Assembly (NCBI RefSeq): GCF_004765795.1
Contig: NZ_SBIV01000001.1
Coordinates: 496,001-560,000 of the forward strand
Reading direction: 5' to 3'
Source: Halorussus marinus
GTDB lineage: Archaea > Halobacteriota > Halobacteria > Halobacteriales > Haladaptataceae
Length of the DNA: 64,000 bases
Shown: in pieces, positions 38,849-48,767 of the stretch
Numbering within the stretch: position 1 is the first letter of the stretch
How the letters are laid out: every line of letters starts with the position of its first letter
Notes under the pieces: generated by a model
The model's database searches: none
Told to the model about the DNA's origin: nothing
The model's input: the letters and a program-made list of their open reading frames with translations, nothing else
Program-made: the position numbers and the translations under genes

Positions 38849-39765
38849 AACCCGACGACTCCGGACTACTCGATCGCCTCGGCGGCCCGATCGTCGTCTT
38901 CGGCGTGATCGGACTGCTGGTCGGAGCCGGAGCCGCGCCGTACGCGTGGAACGCCGCGACGGCGCCCGACGGCACCGTCGCTGTCGTGGAGGTCCACGGC
39001 ACGATCACCGGCGACACCGCCACCGCGGCGGTCGACGACCTGCGCGAGGCCCGCCAGAACGACTCCATCGAGGCGGTCGCGCTCGACGTCAACAGTCGCG
39101 GCGGCTCGGCGGCCGCCAGCGAACAGCTCTACCTCGCGGTCAAGCGGACCCAACAGACGATGCCGGTCGTCGCGAGCGTGACCGGCTCGGCGGCCTCGGG
39201 CGGCTACTACGCCGCCGTCCCGGCCGATCGGATCTTCGTCTCGCCCGCGGGCAGCGTGGGTAGCGTCGGCGTGCGCGCGCTCCTGCCATCGGGAGGCGGG
39301 CCGGCCGGCGAGATCACGACCGGTCCCGACAAGCGTTCGACCGCGACCGAGGCCGAGGTCCGGCGCCGGGTCGAGACCCTCCGGCGCGCGTTCGTCGGAT
39401 CGGTCCTCGAAGAGCGCGGCGACGCACTCGATCTCACCGCCGAGGAGCTCTCGTACGCGAAGCTCTACTCGGGGTCCCGGGGCATCGAGGTCGGCCTCGC
39501 CGACGAGGTCGGCGGCGTCGACGCCGCCATCGGGGCCGCCGCCGACCGCGCGGACCTCGCGAACTACCGGACCGTCCGGATGGAGTCGCCGGCCCCGAGC
39601 GTGCTCGGGCAACTCGGGCTGAACGCCACGGCCAGCGACGGGCCGACCACCCGCGCCACCTTCGGGTACGCGGGAGTCGACACCGTCCAGTATCTGATGC
39701 TCCACGGGCAACTGGAGACCGACCGCACCGTGACCGCGGAGGTGAGTACGAATGCGACGAACTGA
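38845..39765 (+). CDS. S49 family signal peptide peptidase (SppA-like)
   Basis: NSRGGS, AASGGYY, GSVGV, TGPDK and GLADEVG. GTGA overlap. Confidence 0.88.
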   Translation: MKPDDSGLLDRLGGPIVVFGVIGLLVGAGAAPYAWNAATAPDGTVAVVEVHGTITGDTATAAVDDLREARQNDSIEAVALDVNSRGGSAAASEQLYLAVKRTQQTMPVVASVTGSAASGGYYAAVPADRIFVSPAGSVGSVGVRALLPSGGGPAGEITTGPDKRSTATEAEVRRRVETLRRAFVGSVLEERGDALDLTAEELSYAKLYSGSRGIEVGLADEVGGVDAAIGAAADRADLANYRTVRMESPAPSVLGQLGLNATASDGPTTRATFGYAGVDTVQYLMLHGQLETDRTVTAEVSTNATN

Positions 39766-40831
39766 GCTCCTGAAGAGCGTCGTCGCGTTCGCGCTCGTGG
39801 CGGGCGTCGTGCTGGCGAGCGTCGCCGGCGCGGGCGTCCTGCTCGGCGACGCGACCGACGCGTCCACCGATCCGGACGCGCCGGCGTTCACCTCGGACTC
39901 GCTGCCGGCCACGCCGGTCGCCGACGACGGGACGGTCACGGCGCCGGAGGGCGACGAGCCCAAGACGGTGGTCGTCGACCGGAGCCACGCCAACGCGGTC
40001 CAGAAGAGCGATCTCCAACCGCTCGTCGACGCGCTGATCGCGCAGGGCCACGAGGTCCGGTTCCACACCGGCGCCGGCGCCGGGCAGGGCCTCGGCGGGT
40101 TCTCGGGCGGCTCGGGCGAGTCGACGTTCAACGACACGCTCAGGTCGGCCGACGCCTTCGTCGTGGCCAACCCCGCGACCGAGTACACCGCCGACGAGAT
40201 CGCCGGCATCGAGGCCTTCGCCGAGGCGGGCGGTCGGGTGCTGTTGCTCGCCGATCCCGCCGGCGCGCCCGCCTCCTCTAGTGCCAGTTCGCTCCCGATC
40301 CCGCTCGGGGGCGCCAGCGGTTCGTCGGCGACGCCGGGCCAGCCGACGAACCTCGCGGCCGCGTTCGATCTCTCGTTCGACGCCGGCTACCTCTACGACA
40401 TGGCCGAGAACGCCAACCACTTCCAGAGCGTCTACGCCGCGCCGACGGGCGACGGACCGCTCGCGACCGGCGCGGACCGGGTCGTCCTCCGGGACGCCGC
40501 GGCGATCGCGACCGGCCCCGACGCCGAGCCGGTGCTCGCGGCCGCGGACGCTCGCCTCTCGTCGACGCGTCGGGCCGGGAACTACACCGTCGCCGCGCGC
40601 GCCGGGAACGTGACCGCGATCGGGGACACCGACTTCCTCGCGCCCGCGACCGCGACGGTCGGCGACAACGACCGACTGGTCGGCAACGTCGCCGGCTTCC
40701 TCGTGACCGGCGAAAAGACCGCGGAGGCTCCGGCCCCCGCGGGCGGATCCAGCGGTGTGCCCGAACTCGGACCCGGCGGCGTGACGCCGCCCCAGACGGG
40801 CAATCAGACGACCAACGCCACCTCGGGCTGA
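39752..40831 (+). CDS. Exported DUF4350/GldG-like (GATase-like fold) protein
   Basis: N-terminal signal, VVDRSHAN, GGRVLLLAD and AIGDTDFL..DNDRL. Confidence 0.72.
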   Translation: MRRTELLKSVVAFALVAGVVLASVAGAGVLLGDATDASTDPDAPAFTSDSLPATPVADDGTVTAPEGDEPKTVVVDRSHANAVQKSDLQPLVDALIAQGHEVRFHTGAGAGQGLGGFSGGSGESTFNDTLRSADAFVVANPATEYTADEIAGIEAFAEAGGRVLLLADPAGAPASSSASSLPIPLGGASGSSATPGQPTNLAAAFDLSFDAGYLYDMAENANHFQSVYAAPTGDGPLATGADRVVLRDAAAIATGPDAEPVLAAADARLSSTRRAGNYTVAARAGNVTAIGDTDFLAPATATVGDNDRLVGNVAGFLVTGEKTAEAPAPAGGSSGVPELGPGGVTPPQTGNQTTNATSG

Positions 40832-40912
40832 CTGTCGGTCCCGCGGCCCCGACGATCAGTCGCGCCGCTTTTGTATCCGGTCTTCGGATGCTGTGGTAAC
40901 CGAGTCAGAACC

Positions 40913-42493
40913 GTGACCGAGAACCACGAACGCGACGCGGGGTCGGAGCCGACCGAATCCGACTTCGTCGACTACGGCATCGATGAGCGACCGCCGCTGG
41001 GGGAGTCGATCCTGCTCGGCGTGCAACACTACCTCACCATGGTCGGGGCCAACATCGCGGTCCCGCTCATCCTCGCGGGGGCGCTGGGAATGCCCGAACC
41101 GCTGTGGCCCCGGTTCATCGGGACCTTCTTCGTGGTGTCGGGGATCGCGACGCTCGCCCAGACGACGCTCGGCAACCGCTACCCGATCGTGCAGGGGGCG
41201 CCGTTCTCGATGCTCGCGCCCGCGCTCGCGGTCGTCGGCGTGGTACAGGCCACGAATCCGACTGGGATGGCCGACTGGCGGGCCGCACTGCTCGGCCTCC
41301 AAGGAGCGATCATCGTCGCGTCGCTGTTCGAGGTCGCGATCGGCTACTTCGGACTGCTCGGACGGCTCAGGCGGTATCTCTCGCCGGTCGTCATCGGACC
41401 GACCATCGCGCTCATCGGGCTCTCGCTGTTCGACGCGCCGCAGGTCACCGCGGCGACACAGAACTGGCCGCTGTTGTTCGTGACGCTCGCGCTCATCACT
41501 CTGTTCTCGCAGTACCTCGACTCCCGGAGCCGGGTGTTCGCGCTGTTCCCGGTGTTGCTGGGCGTCGTCGCGGCCTACGCTCTCGCGGTCGCACTCTCGC
41601 TGGCCGGCGTCTACGTCCCCGGCACCTCGGGGTACGTCGACGTGACGGGGATCTTCGAGGCGCCCGCGGTGGTCGTCCCGTACCCGCTCCAGTGGGGAAT
41701 GCCCCAGTTCGAGGCGTCGCTCGCCATCGGGATGCTCGCGGGGGTCGGGGCCTCGATCATCGAGAGCTTCGGGGACTACCACGCCGTCGCGCGCCTGTCG
41801 GGCGTCGGCGCGCCAAGCGAGAAGCGCATCGACCACGGCATCGGCATGGAGGGGCTGATGAACGTCTTCTCCGGGCTGATGGGCGCGAGCGGCTCGACGT
41901 CCTACTCGGAGAACATCGGCGCGATCGGCCTGACGGGGGTCGCCTCGCGGTACGTGGTGCAGGTCGGAGCGGTCGTGATGGTCGGGGTCGGGTTCGTGGG
42001 CTACTTCGGGGCCGCGATCCGGTCGATCCCCGACCCGGTGGTCGGCGGGCTCTACGTCGCCATGTTCGGCCAGATCGTCGCGGTCGGGCTCTCGAACCTG
42101 AAGTACGTCGACCTCGACTCCTCGCGCAACATCTACGTCATCGGCGTCTCGCTGTTCGCGGGGCTCGCGGTCCCGGCCTACATGGGCAACGTCGCGGCCG
42201 CGGCCCCCGACGGGATGGGCGGTGCCGCCTTCTTCCGCCAGAGCCTCGCGAACGTCGCCGTGGTCGGCCCGGTGCTCGGGACGAAACTGGTCGCCGACAC
42301 CGTCTACGTGATCGGGGGCACCGGCATGGCGGTCGGCGGGCTGGTCGCGTTCGTCCTCGACAACACCATCGAGGGGACCCGCGCCGAGCGCGGACTGGAG
42401 GCGTGGGCCGAGATCGCCGAGGACGAAGGCGACTTCCGGACCGCCTTCGAGCGGTTCGGCGCCGACGACACCGACCCCGTGAAAGGCGACTGA
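40913..42493 (+). CDS. Uracil-xanthine (NCS2) permease
   Basis: QH motif, ESFGD and SYSENIGAIGLTGVASR. Confidence 0.92.
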   Translation: MTENHERDAGSEPTESDFVDYGIDERPPLGESILLGVQHYLTMVGANIAVPLILAGALGMPEPLWPRFIGTFFVVSGIATLAQTTLGNRYPIVQGAPFSMLAPALAVVGVVQATNPTGMADWRAALLGLQGAIIVASLFEVAIGYFGLLGRLRRYLSPVVIGPTIALIGLSLFDAPQVTAATQNWPLLFVTLALITLFSQYLDSRSRVFALFPVLLGVVAAYALAVALSLAGVYVPGTSGYVDVTGIFEAPAVVVPYPLQWGMPQFEASLAIGMLAGVGASIIESFGDYHAVARLSGVGAPSEKRIDHGIGMEGLMNVFSGLMGASGSTSYSENIGAIGLTGVASRYVVQVGAVVMVGVGFVGYFGAAIRSIPDPVVGGLYVAMFGQIVAVGLSNLKYVDLDSSRNIYVIGVSLFAGLAVPAYMGNVAAAAPDGMGGAAFFRQSLANVAVVGPVLGTKLVADTVYVIGGTGMAVGGLVAFVLDNTIEGTRAERGLEAWAEIAEDEGDFRTAFERFGADDTDPVKGD

Positions 42494-42544
42494 CACCGCG
42501 GATAGTTCGATAGATTGAACTGTCTCACCCTCGGGTCGTCGGGC

Positions 42545-42850
42545 ATGGACGCACAGCGACAGGTCGCGGCGTTCGTCGACCGCTACGACATCGACGCGCC
42601 GCCGGCCTACCGCCTGCTCGACCTAACGTCGGAGCTCGGAGAGCTCGCCAAGGACGCCAACACCTCGACGGGCTACGGCGACGACCCCGACGCGCTCGCG
42701 CTCTCGGAGGACGAACTCGGTGACGCGCTGTTCGCGTTGCTCGCGCTCGCCGAGTCGGTCGGGGTCGACGCCGACGACGCCCTCGACTCCGCGCTCGCGA
42801 AGTACGAGGTGCGGCTCGACGAAACCGGCGACGCCGGCTCGGGCGAGTGA
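42545..42850 (+). CDS. MazG-like nucleotide pyrophosphohydrolase
   Basis: SELGELAK..EDELGDALF. Confidence 0.85.
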   Translation: MDAQRQVAAFVDRYDIDAPPAYRLLDLTSELGELAKDANTSTGYGDDPDALALSEDELGDALFALLALAESVGVDADDALDSALAKYEVRLDETGDAGSGE

Positions 42851-42938
42851 GTTCCGGGCGGTTTCGACGCCCGTCACCGGCCGGGGTTCGTCGCCCGCGG
42901 CCCCCACACTCAACCCGGATGCCGTCGAACCCGACCAC

Positions 42939-43250
42939 ATGCCGATGGAAACGTACACGCTCGTGATCACCGAGGACGACGACCGGAGCGGACTCATGGG
43001 TGACGTGTACACCGACGACGGGACCATCGCCGAGTCGGTGTTTCTCGACTACGACGACTACGGCCTGCGCGCGGACGGGGACGCCGATCCCGACGAGCGC
43101 CGCCGTGAGACGACCGCCGACGTGACGACGTTGAACCTCGACGTGGCCCGCGACGACGGGAGCTTCCAGTTGCGACTACTCGGCGACGGGAGCCGGGAGC
43201 TGTTGACCGAACGCGTCGGCGACGACGAGTGGCGCCTCTCGGCGGAGTGA
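42939..43250 (+). CDS. Small acidic hypothetical protein
   Basis: Acidic 103-aa ORF with halophilic composition. Confidence 0.7.
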   Translation: MPMETYTLVITEDDDRSGLMGDVYTDDGTIAESVFLDYDDYGLRADGDADPDERRRETTADVTTLNLDVARDDGSFQLRLLGDGSRELLTERVGDDEWRLSAE

Positions 43251-43281
43251 CTGACGGCGCGAGAAGACGAGACGGGCGGGG

Positions 43282-44151
43282 CTACTCGAACGCCGACTCC
43301 AGCCGATCGACGAGCCCCTCGTTGCCGACGTACACCGGCGTGCGCTGGTGGAGTTCGTCGGCGTCGGCGTCGAGGATCGACCCGGCACCGTCCGAGGACG
43401 CCCCGCCGGCCGATTCGACGATGTAGGCGATCGGGTTGGCCTCGAACTGGAGCCGGAGCTTGCCCTCGGGCCGGGAGTCGAGTTCGGGGTAGCCAAACAC
43501 CCCGCCGTAGGTCACCACCTGATTCACGTCGCCGATCATCGCACCGCCGTACCGGAGTTTGAGTTCGCGCTCGATCTCTCCGGCGTAGTCGGCGAACCGG
43601 TCGGTCCAGTCGGGCACGCGCCCGCCGAAGCCGTAGACGACCGGCTCGTCGGGCAACGAGAGGTCCTCGCGGACCGCCCGTCGGTCGGCGAGTTCGCCGT
43701 CCGCACCCTCCAAAACGTACTCGGTCACCGCGCCGTCCCGGGCGACTACCATCGTCGTGATCGGCCCGTAGAGGACGTAGGCGGCCCCAACGAGCTCCCG
43801 CCCTCTCGCGGGGAGGTCGTCGTCGTAGACGCCGACGATCGTCCCCATCGAGTTGTTGGACTTGAGGTTCGACGAGCCGTCGAGGGGGTCGATCGCGACG
43901 GCGTACCCCTCGCCCGCGTCGACGACGCCTTCGCGCTCCTCGCTGGCGAACTGGCCGACGCCGTCGAGGGCCGTCAGGCGGTCTTCGAGCAGTTCGTCGG
44001 CCCACACGTCGGCGGCCAGTTGGGTCTCGCCGCTGGGGTTTTGCTCGTCGGCCTTTCGACGGCGACCCGCGAGTCCGCTCCGGATCTCGGGGGCCGCGTT
44101 CGCGACCGTCTCGACGACCCGCGAGATCGGGTCGGCGCCGGGGTCGCTCAT
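43282..44151 (-). CDS. fbp: Class 1 fructose-1,6-bisphosphatase
   Basis: SEE, DPLDGSSN, RYGGAMIGD and GKLRLQFEANP. Confidence 0.94.
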   Translation of the reverse strand: MSDPGADPISRVVETVANAAPEIRSGLAGRRRKADEQNPSGETQLAADVWADELLEDRLTALDGVGQFASEEREGVVDAGEGYAVAIDPLDGSSNLKSNNSMGTIVGVYDDDLPARGRELVGAAYVLYGPITTMVVARDGAVTEYVLEGADGELADRRAVREDLSLPDEPVVYGFGGRVPDWTDRFADYAGEIERELKLRYGGAMIGDVNQVVTYGGVFGYPELDSRPEGKLRLQFEANPIAYIVESAGGASSDGAGSILDADADELHQRTPVYVGNEGLVDRLESAFE

Positions 44152-44942
44152 TCGTCGAGCGCTTCGTCGGCGGTCGCGTCCTCGAAGATCACCTGTTCGA
44201 GCGCGTCGAGGATCGCCTCCGGATCCTCGCGCTGCCAGACGTTCCGACCGACCGCGAGTCCGGAGCCCCCGGCGTCCATCACTGCCTCGACGCTCGAGAG
44301 GAACTCGTAGTCGCTGACCTTCGAGCCGCCCGACATGACGACGGGCACGTCGGCCGCGGACTCGACCGCCCACTCCATCGACTCCCGGGAGCCGGGGTAC
44401 TTGACCTTCGCCATGTCGGCGCCGATCTCGAGCGCGATGCGGGTCGCGTACGCGATCACGCTCTCTTTGGTGTCGTTTTTCAGCCCCTGTCCGCGGGGGT
44501 ACGACCACATCACGACCGGGAGGTCGTACTCGGAGTGGGCCGTCTCCTGGACGTCCCGGAAGTCCTCGTACATCGCCTTCTCGTTGTTCGACCCGGAGTA
44601 GACCGTGTAGCCGACCGCGTCGGCGCCGAGCTCGGCGGCGTACTCGACCGTCCAGTTCTGGGGCGAGTGGGGCTCGCCCATCCAGAGGTTGCTGGTGCCG
44701 TTGAGCTTCGCCAGCAGGTTCACCTGATCGTCGTAGGAGGGGTAGTACGTCTCGGCGACGCCCTTCTGGACCGCCAGCGTCGTGACCGCGTCGTGGGTCG
44801 CGATGTCGAAGACCGTCTCGGGGTCCAGCGTCTCGGGGACCGAACTGAAGTCCGCGGAGGGGCCGTGTTCGAGCCCGTGGTCGTAGGCGAGGATGAGGGA
44901 CTTCCCGTCGCGCGTGATCGGTGAGTCGTCGAGCGGAATCAT
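44148..44942 (-). CDS. fba: Class I fructose-bisphosphate aldolase
   Basis: AYDHGLEHGP, WSYPRG, the Schiff-base KVKYPG, SGG and GRNVWQ. Confidence 0.92.
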   Translation of the reverse strand: MIPLDDSPITRDGKSLILAYDHGLEHGPSADFSSVPETLDPETVFDIATHDAVTTLAVQKGVAETYYPSYDDQVNLLAKLNGTSNLWMGEPHSPQNWTVEYAAELGADAVGYTVYSGSNNEKAMYEDFRDVQETAHSEYDLPVVMWSYPRGQGLKNDTKESVIAYATRIALEIGADMAKVKYPGSRESMEWAVESAADVPVVMSGGSKVSDYEFLSSVEAVMDAGGSGLAVGRNVWQREDPEAILDALEQVIFEDATADEALDE

Positions 44943-45068
44943 TCGTTCCAAAATCCGATAACCTCGCATAAGAGTTTAATGGTCACGCGTCGGCGACGGG
45001 GCTCGGCGGTACGGTCCGATCTGGGGGCCCTCGACGGCCCTCCGGCGGTTCGAGGGCAGACTAATGAT

Positions 45069-45084
45069 TACTACGGAGTGAGTA
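45069..45084. promoter_or_regulatory. TrmB-like operator upstream of fba-fbp
   Basis: TACT-ACGGAGT-GAGTA, matching the recalled TACT-N7-GAGTA motif. Confidence 0.6.
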
Positions 45085-45088
45085 AAAA

Positions 45089-45691
45089 TCAGGCGAGGTC
45101 GCGGGCGGCGTCGCGCCACTCCGCGACGCGCTCGCGGTCGAGTTCCAGCGAGTCGGCGACGTGTTCGGGGTCGGCGGTCGCGAGGCTCCGGACGGAGGTG
45201 ACTCCGGCCTCCGCGAGGAGGTCCGAGACGGTCGCGTCGACGCCCGGCACGTCGGTCACCGGATCGGGCTTCGAGCGGTCGCGCCACGCGGCCTCGGCGG
45301 CCTCGGCCGCGCCGCTGCCGTCCGCCGACGCCTCCGCGGACGCGCCGTCGGCGCCGGGGTCGGCCGACTCCCAGTCGCCGCTGCTGGCGGCGACCCACTC
45401 GCGCTCGCCGTCCTGGAGTCCGCGGACCTTCGACGACCGCTCGTCGAGCGAGTCCTCGTCGCCGCCGAACGACCACGGCAGGGAGTGTTCGCGCCGAAGC
45501 CGAGTCGCGACGCCGGCGTTCACGCCCGCCTCGACCAGCATCTCGTACGAGACGGTCTTGTCCGGGATGCCCGAGGCGTCGAACGACGCGCCCGCGAGCA
45601 CCTCAGCGGTCGCCGGGCCGACGAAACGGATGTCGGTCAGCCGCGCCGGGTCGTTCGGGGTTTCGTCGTCGGGGGCGTCGTTGTTGCTCAC
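45089..45691 (-). CDS. Helix-hairpin-helix domain protein
   Basis: Two HhH motifs (IRFVGPATA, VPGVDATV). Confidence 0.8.
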   Translation of the reverse strand: MSNNDAPDDETPNDPARLTDIRFVGPATAEVLAGASFDASGIPDKTVSYEMLVEAGVNAGVATRLRREHSLPWSFGGDEDSLDERSSKVRGLQDGEREWVAASSGDWESADPGADGASAEASADGSGAAEAAEAAWRDRSKPDPVTDVPGVDATVSDLLAEAGVTSVRSLATADPEHVADSLELDRERVAEWRDAARDLA

Positions 45692-45816
45692 GGGGACGTC
45701 ACCAGTTAGTTGGGTCTCACACTCCCGTGGCTTGTATTTTTTGCATAGCGTGACCGAACGATGACCGTCCGGATGGCGGGCGACAGGAATATATCGGCGT
45801 CCGCGAACTGCTATCT

Positions 45817-46380
45817 ATGGACGACCTCCCCGACGACGCAGTGCTGTTGCTGGTGGACTTCCAGCGGGGCTTCGAGGCCGACGAGTGGGGCGAGCGAAAC
45901 AACCCCGGCGCAGAAGACCGCGCACGGGACCTCCTCGCGGCGTGGCGGCGGACCGGCCGACCGGTGGCCCACGTCCGCCACGCCTCCCGAGAGGCCGACT
46001 CGCCGCTCCGGCCCGACGCCGAGGGGTTCGGCTTCGTCGACGGCCTCGCCCCCGAGGGCGAGGAACGCGAGTTCGTCAAGCGGGTCAACAGCGCGTTCGT
46101 CGGGACGGACCTGGAGGGGTGGCTCCGCGAGCGCGGCCACGGGACGTTGGTGGTCGCGGGCCTGACCACCGACCACTGCGTCTCGACCACTGCCCGGATG
46201 GCCGAGAATCTGGGGTTCCGGACGGTCGTGGTCGCCGACGCCACCGCGACCCACGACCGCGAAGCGCCCGACGGGAGCGCCATCGCGCCCGAGCGGAACC
46301 ATCAGGTCGCGCTCGCACACCTCCGAGAGGAGTTCGCGGACGTCGCCGACGCCCGCGACGTGCTCGGGGCGTTCGAGTAA
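45817..46380 (+). CDS. Cysteine hydrolase / isochorismatase family
   Basis: VDFQ, K..NSAF and [10 protein letters not shown]. Confidence 0.9.
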   Translation: MDDLPDDAVLLLVDFQRGFEADEWGERNNPGAEDRARDLLAAWRRTGRPVAHVRHASREADSPLRPDAEGFGFVDGLAPEGEEREFVKRVNSAFVGTDLEGWLRERGHGTLVVAGLTTDHCVSTTARMAENLGFRTVVVADATATHDREAPDGSAIAPERNHQVALAHLREEFADVADARDVLGAFE

Positions 46381-46432
46381 TCCCGTCGGGGACTTCGGTA
46401 GGCTTACGGCTCGACCGCAAGAATTGCCGGCC

Positions 46433-47293
46433 ATGGTACGCACGCTCGATAGCACCGAGAGAATCGGCGTCGTCGGCGCGGGAACGATGGGAAGCGGCAT
46501 CGCGCAGGTCGCGGCCCAGGCCGGCTACGACGTGGTGATGCGAGACGTCGAGACGGAGTTCGTCGAGAGCGGCTTCGAGACCATCGAGGACAGCCTCGAT
46601 CGGTTCGTCTCCAAGGAGAAACTGAGCGAGGCCGACGCCGACGCCGCGCTCGACCGGATCGAGGGCACCACCGACCTCGCGGATCTGGCCGACTGCGACG
46701 TGGTGGTCGAGGCCGCGGTCGAGGACATGGAGATCAAGCAGGACATCTTCGCGGACCTCGACGAGGCGGTCCCCGAGGACGTGGTGCTTGCGACCAACAC
46801 CTCCACGCTCTCGATCACGACAATCGCGTCGGTCACCGACCGCGAGGCCCAGATCGTCGGCCTCCACTTCATGAACCCGGTGCCGGTGATGAAAGGCGTC
46901 GAGGTCGTGGTCGGCGAGAAGACCGACGAGGCGGTCGCGGAGTTCGCCCACGCGCTCGCCGAGGACCTCGGTAAGGAGACGTGGGAGTCCGACGACAAAC
47001 CCGGCTTCGTCACCAACCGCATCCTGATGCCGTGGATCAACGAGGGCATCCGAGCCTACGACGAGGGGGTCGCCTCGAAGGCGGACATCGACAAGGGGAT
47101 GAAACTCGGCACGAACGTCCCGATGGGACCGCTCGAACTCGCAGACCACATCGGCCTCGACATCTGTCTGGACGCCTCCGAGACGCTCCACGAGGAACTC
47201 GGGGACCGCTACAAGCCGGCCTACCTACTCAAGCGCAAGGTCGACGCCGGCGATCTGGGGAAGAAGACGGGGACGGGCTTCTACGAGTACTGA
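46433..47293 (+). CDS. hbd: 3-hydroxyacyl/3-hydroxybutyryl-CoA dehydrogenase
   Basis: GAGTMG, TNTS, HFMNP and PGFVTNR. Confidence 0.92.
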   Translation: MVRTLDSTERIGVVGAGTMGSGIAQVAAQAGYDVVMRDVETEFVESGFETIEDSLDRFVSKEKLSEADADAALDRIEGTTDLADLADCDVVVEAAVEDMEIKQDIFADLDEAVPEDVVLATNTSTLSITTIASVTDREAQIVGLHFMNPVPVMKGVEVVVGEKTDEAVAEFAHALAEDLGKETWESDDKPGFVTNRILMPWINEGIRAYDEGVASKADIDKGMKLGTNVPMGPLELADHIGLDICLDASETLHEELGDRYKPAYLLKRKVDAGDLGKKTGTGFYEY

Positions 47294-47308
47294 GCGGAGT
47301 CCGGACTT

Positions 47309-48364
47309 TCAGGACGGCGAGTACGGCTCCTCGGCGATCTCGCTCCGGATCTCGTCGAGGCGCTCGCGCTCGATGTCCCCGGAAGTGAACGCCTGAATCA
47401 GCGCCATCACTTCGCCTCGCGAGACCTTCACGCCGCCCTCTCGGACGACGTCCTCGGGGCGTTCGAGCAGTTCGCGGCTGGTGCCGACCGCGAGCAGGTA
47501 CGGGATCGCCCACGCTTCGAGGGTGTTGCCCTGGGACTCGGGCAGGACTTCGAGGTAGCGCTGGGCGTCGTCCATGTATCCTCTGGCGTGGTGGGTGACC
47601 CGCTGGATGACGCCCGCGACGGCCGTCTCGTTCTCGGGTTCGGTCACGTTCGACGGGCTGACGTCGTGCTCGCGGAGCCACGAGGCCGGCAGATAGACGT
47701 TGTTCTCCTCGCGGAAGTCGTCGGAGACGTCCTTTGCGACGTTGACGAGCTGGAGCAAGAGCGCGAACCCGCGGGCGTTCGCGCGGAGGATCTCGGCGCG
47801 CCGGTCGTCGACGTCCTGGGCGAGGAGGTTCGTGATGAGTTCGCCGACCGTTCCGGCGGCGTACCAGCAGTACTCTTCGAGTTCGTCGATGGTGCGGATG
47901 CGGAGCCCGCCGTCGTCGGCGTAGCGCTCGACGAACTCGGCCATCCCGGTGACGAGTTCGCTCACGGGCGGATAGATCGCCGACTGGGCGTCCTCGCCCA
48001 GCGACTCGAACGTGGCGACGACCCGGGGCGAGCGCTCGACGACTGCCCAGTCCTCGCCGGCGTCGTCGGGAATGTACGGATCGACTGCCTCGCGGAACTC
48101 CTCGACGGTCGCCGGGTCCTCGGGGTCGAGCGCGCTGTCGTACAGTTCGAGCAGTTCGGCCTGCTCTTCGGGCGGGATGTGTCCGGCGTCCTCGACCGTG
48201 TCGGCGACTCGACAGAGGAGGTAACCGACGCAGATGTACGAGGACATCGGCTCTTCGAGCACGTCGATAGTGATGGCGAACGTTCGGGAGACGCCCTGAA
48301 CCGCCTCGAAGCACCATTCGAGGTCGGCGTCACCAGAGCGCCCGCGGGGCGGCTCCGTATCCAT
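47309..48364 (-). CDS. Squalene/phytoene synthase family, squalene synthase-like
   Basis: VSRTF, CRVADTVED, YCWYAAGTVG and LQLVNVAKD. Confidence 0.88.
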   Translation of the reverse strand: MDTEPPRGRSGDADLEWCFEAVQGVSRTFAITIDVLEEPMSSYICVGYLLCRVADTVEDAGHIPPEEQAELLELYDSALDPEDPATVEEFREAVDPYIPDDAGEDWAVVERSPRVVATFESLGEDAQSAIYPPVSELVTGMAEFVERYADDGGLRIRTIDELEEYCWYAAGTVGELITNLLAQDVDDRRAEILRANARGFALLLQLVNVAKDVSDDFREENNVYLPASWLREHDVSPSNVTEPENETAVAGVIQRVTHHARGYMDDAQRYLEVLPESQGNTLEAWAIPYLLAVGTSRELLERPEDVVREGGVKVSRGEVMALIQAFTSGDIERERLDEIRSEIAEEPYSPS

Positions 48365-48471
48365 TGACTGCTCGCTCCTTGGGGCTGAACACAGAAAAGC
48401 TTGAGCAAACGCGACAGCCCTGCGGCTTCCGGGCCGAACGCTTACTTCGACCACCGGTGTCAGGCCACGGT

Positions 48472-48707
48472 GTGTTCCCGACGCCCAGAGACGCGGCGAG
48501 GGTGCTGGTCGGCGGCCCGCTCCGGATCCAGCCGCGGTCAACGTCGCGATGCTGGTCGCACAGGCCGCACTCGCGCTCCGGAACGGCAAGCCAAAGCGGG
48601 CGTTCGTCCTGCTCGGGATGGCCAGCGTGGCGCCGCGCCATCCGGCGCTGACGTGGCTGTTCCAGGGTGCGCTGGCGGCCGACGACGTCCGCCGGAAGCT
48701 GTCCTGA
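48472..48707 (+). pseudogene. Small membrane protein, apparently frameshifted near 48525 (or a 52-aa ORF at 48549-48707)
   Basis: GTG at 48472 reads VFPTPRDAARVLVGGPLR. A different frame continues PAAVNVAMLVAQAALALRNGKPKRAFVLLGM..RRKLS*. Confidence 0.4.
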
Positions 48708-48767
48708 CGCGCGGGCTCGCGCTTCCGAATGGAAAACTACAGGGCGGCGCCGCCCTAAGCGTGGGCT

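Noticed and set aside
48365..48767. The gap as SRP or RNase P RNA
   Set aside because: No diagnostic motifs recognised. A small ORF explains it better.
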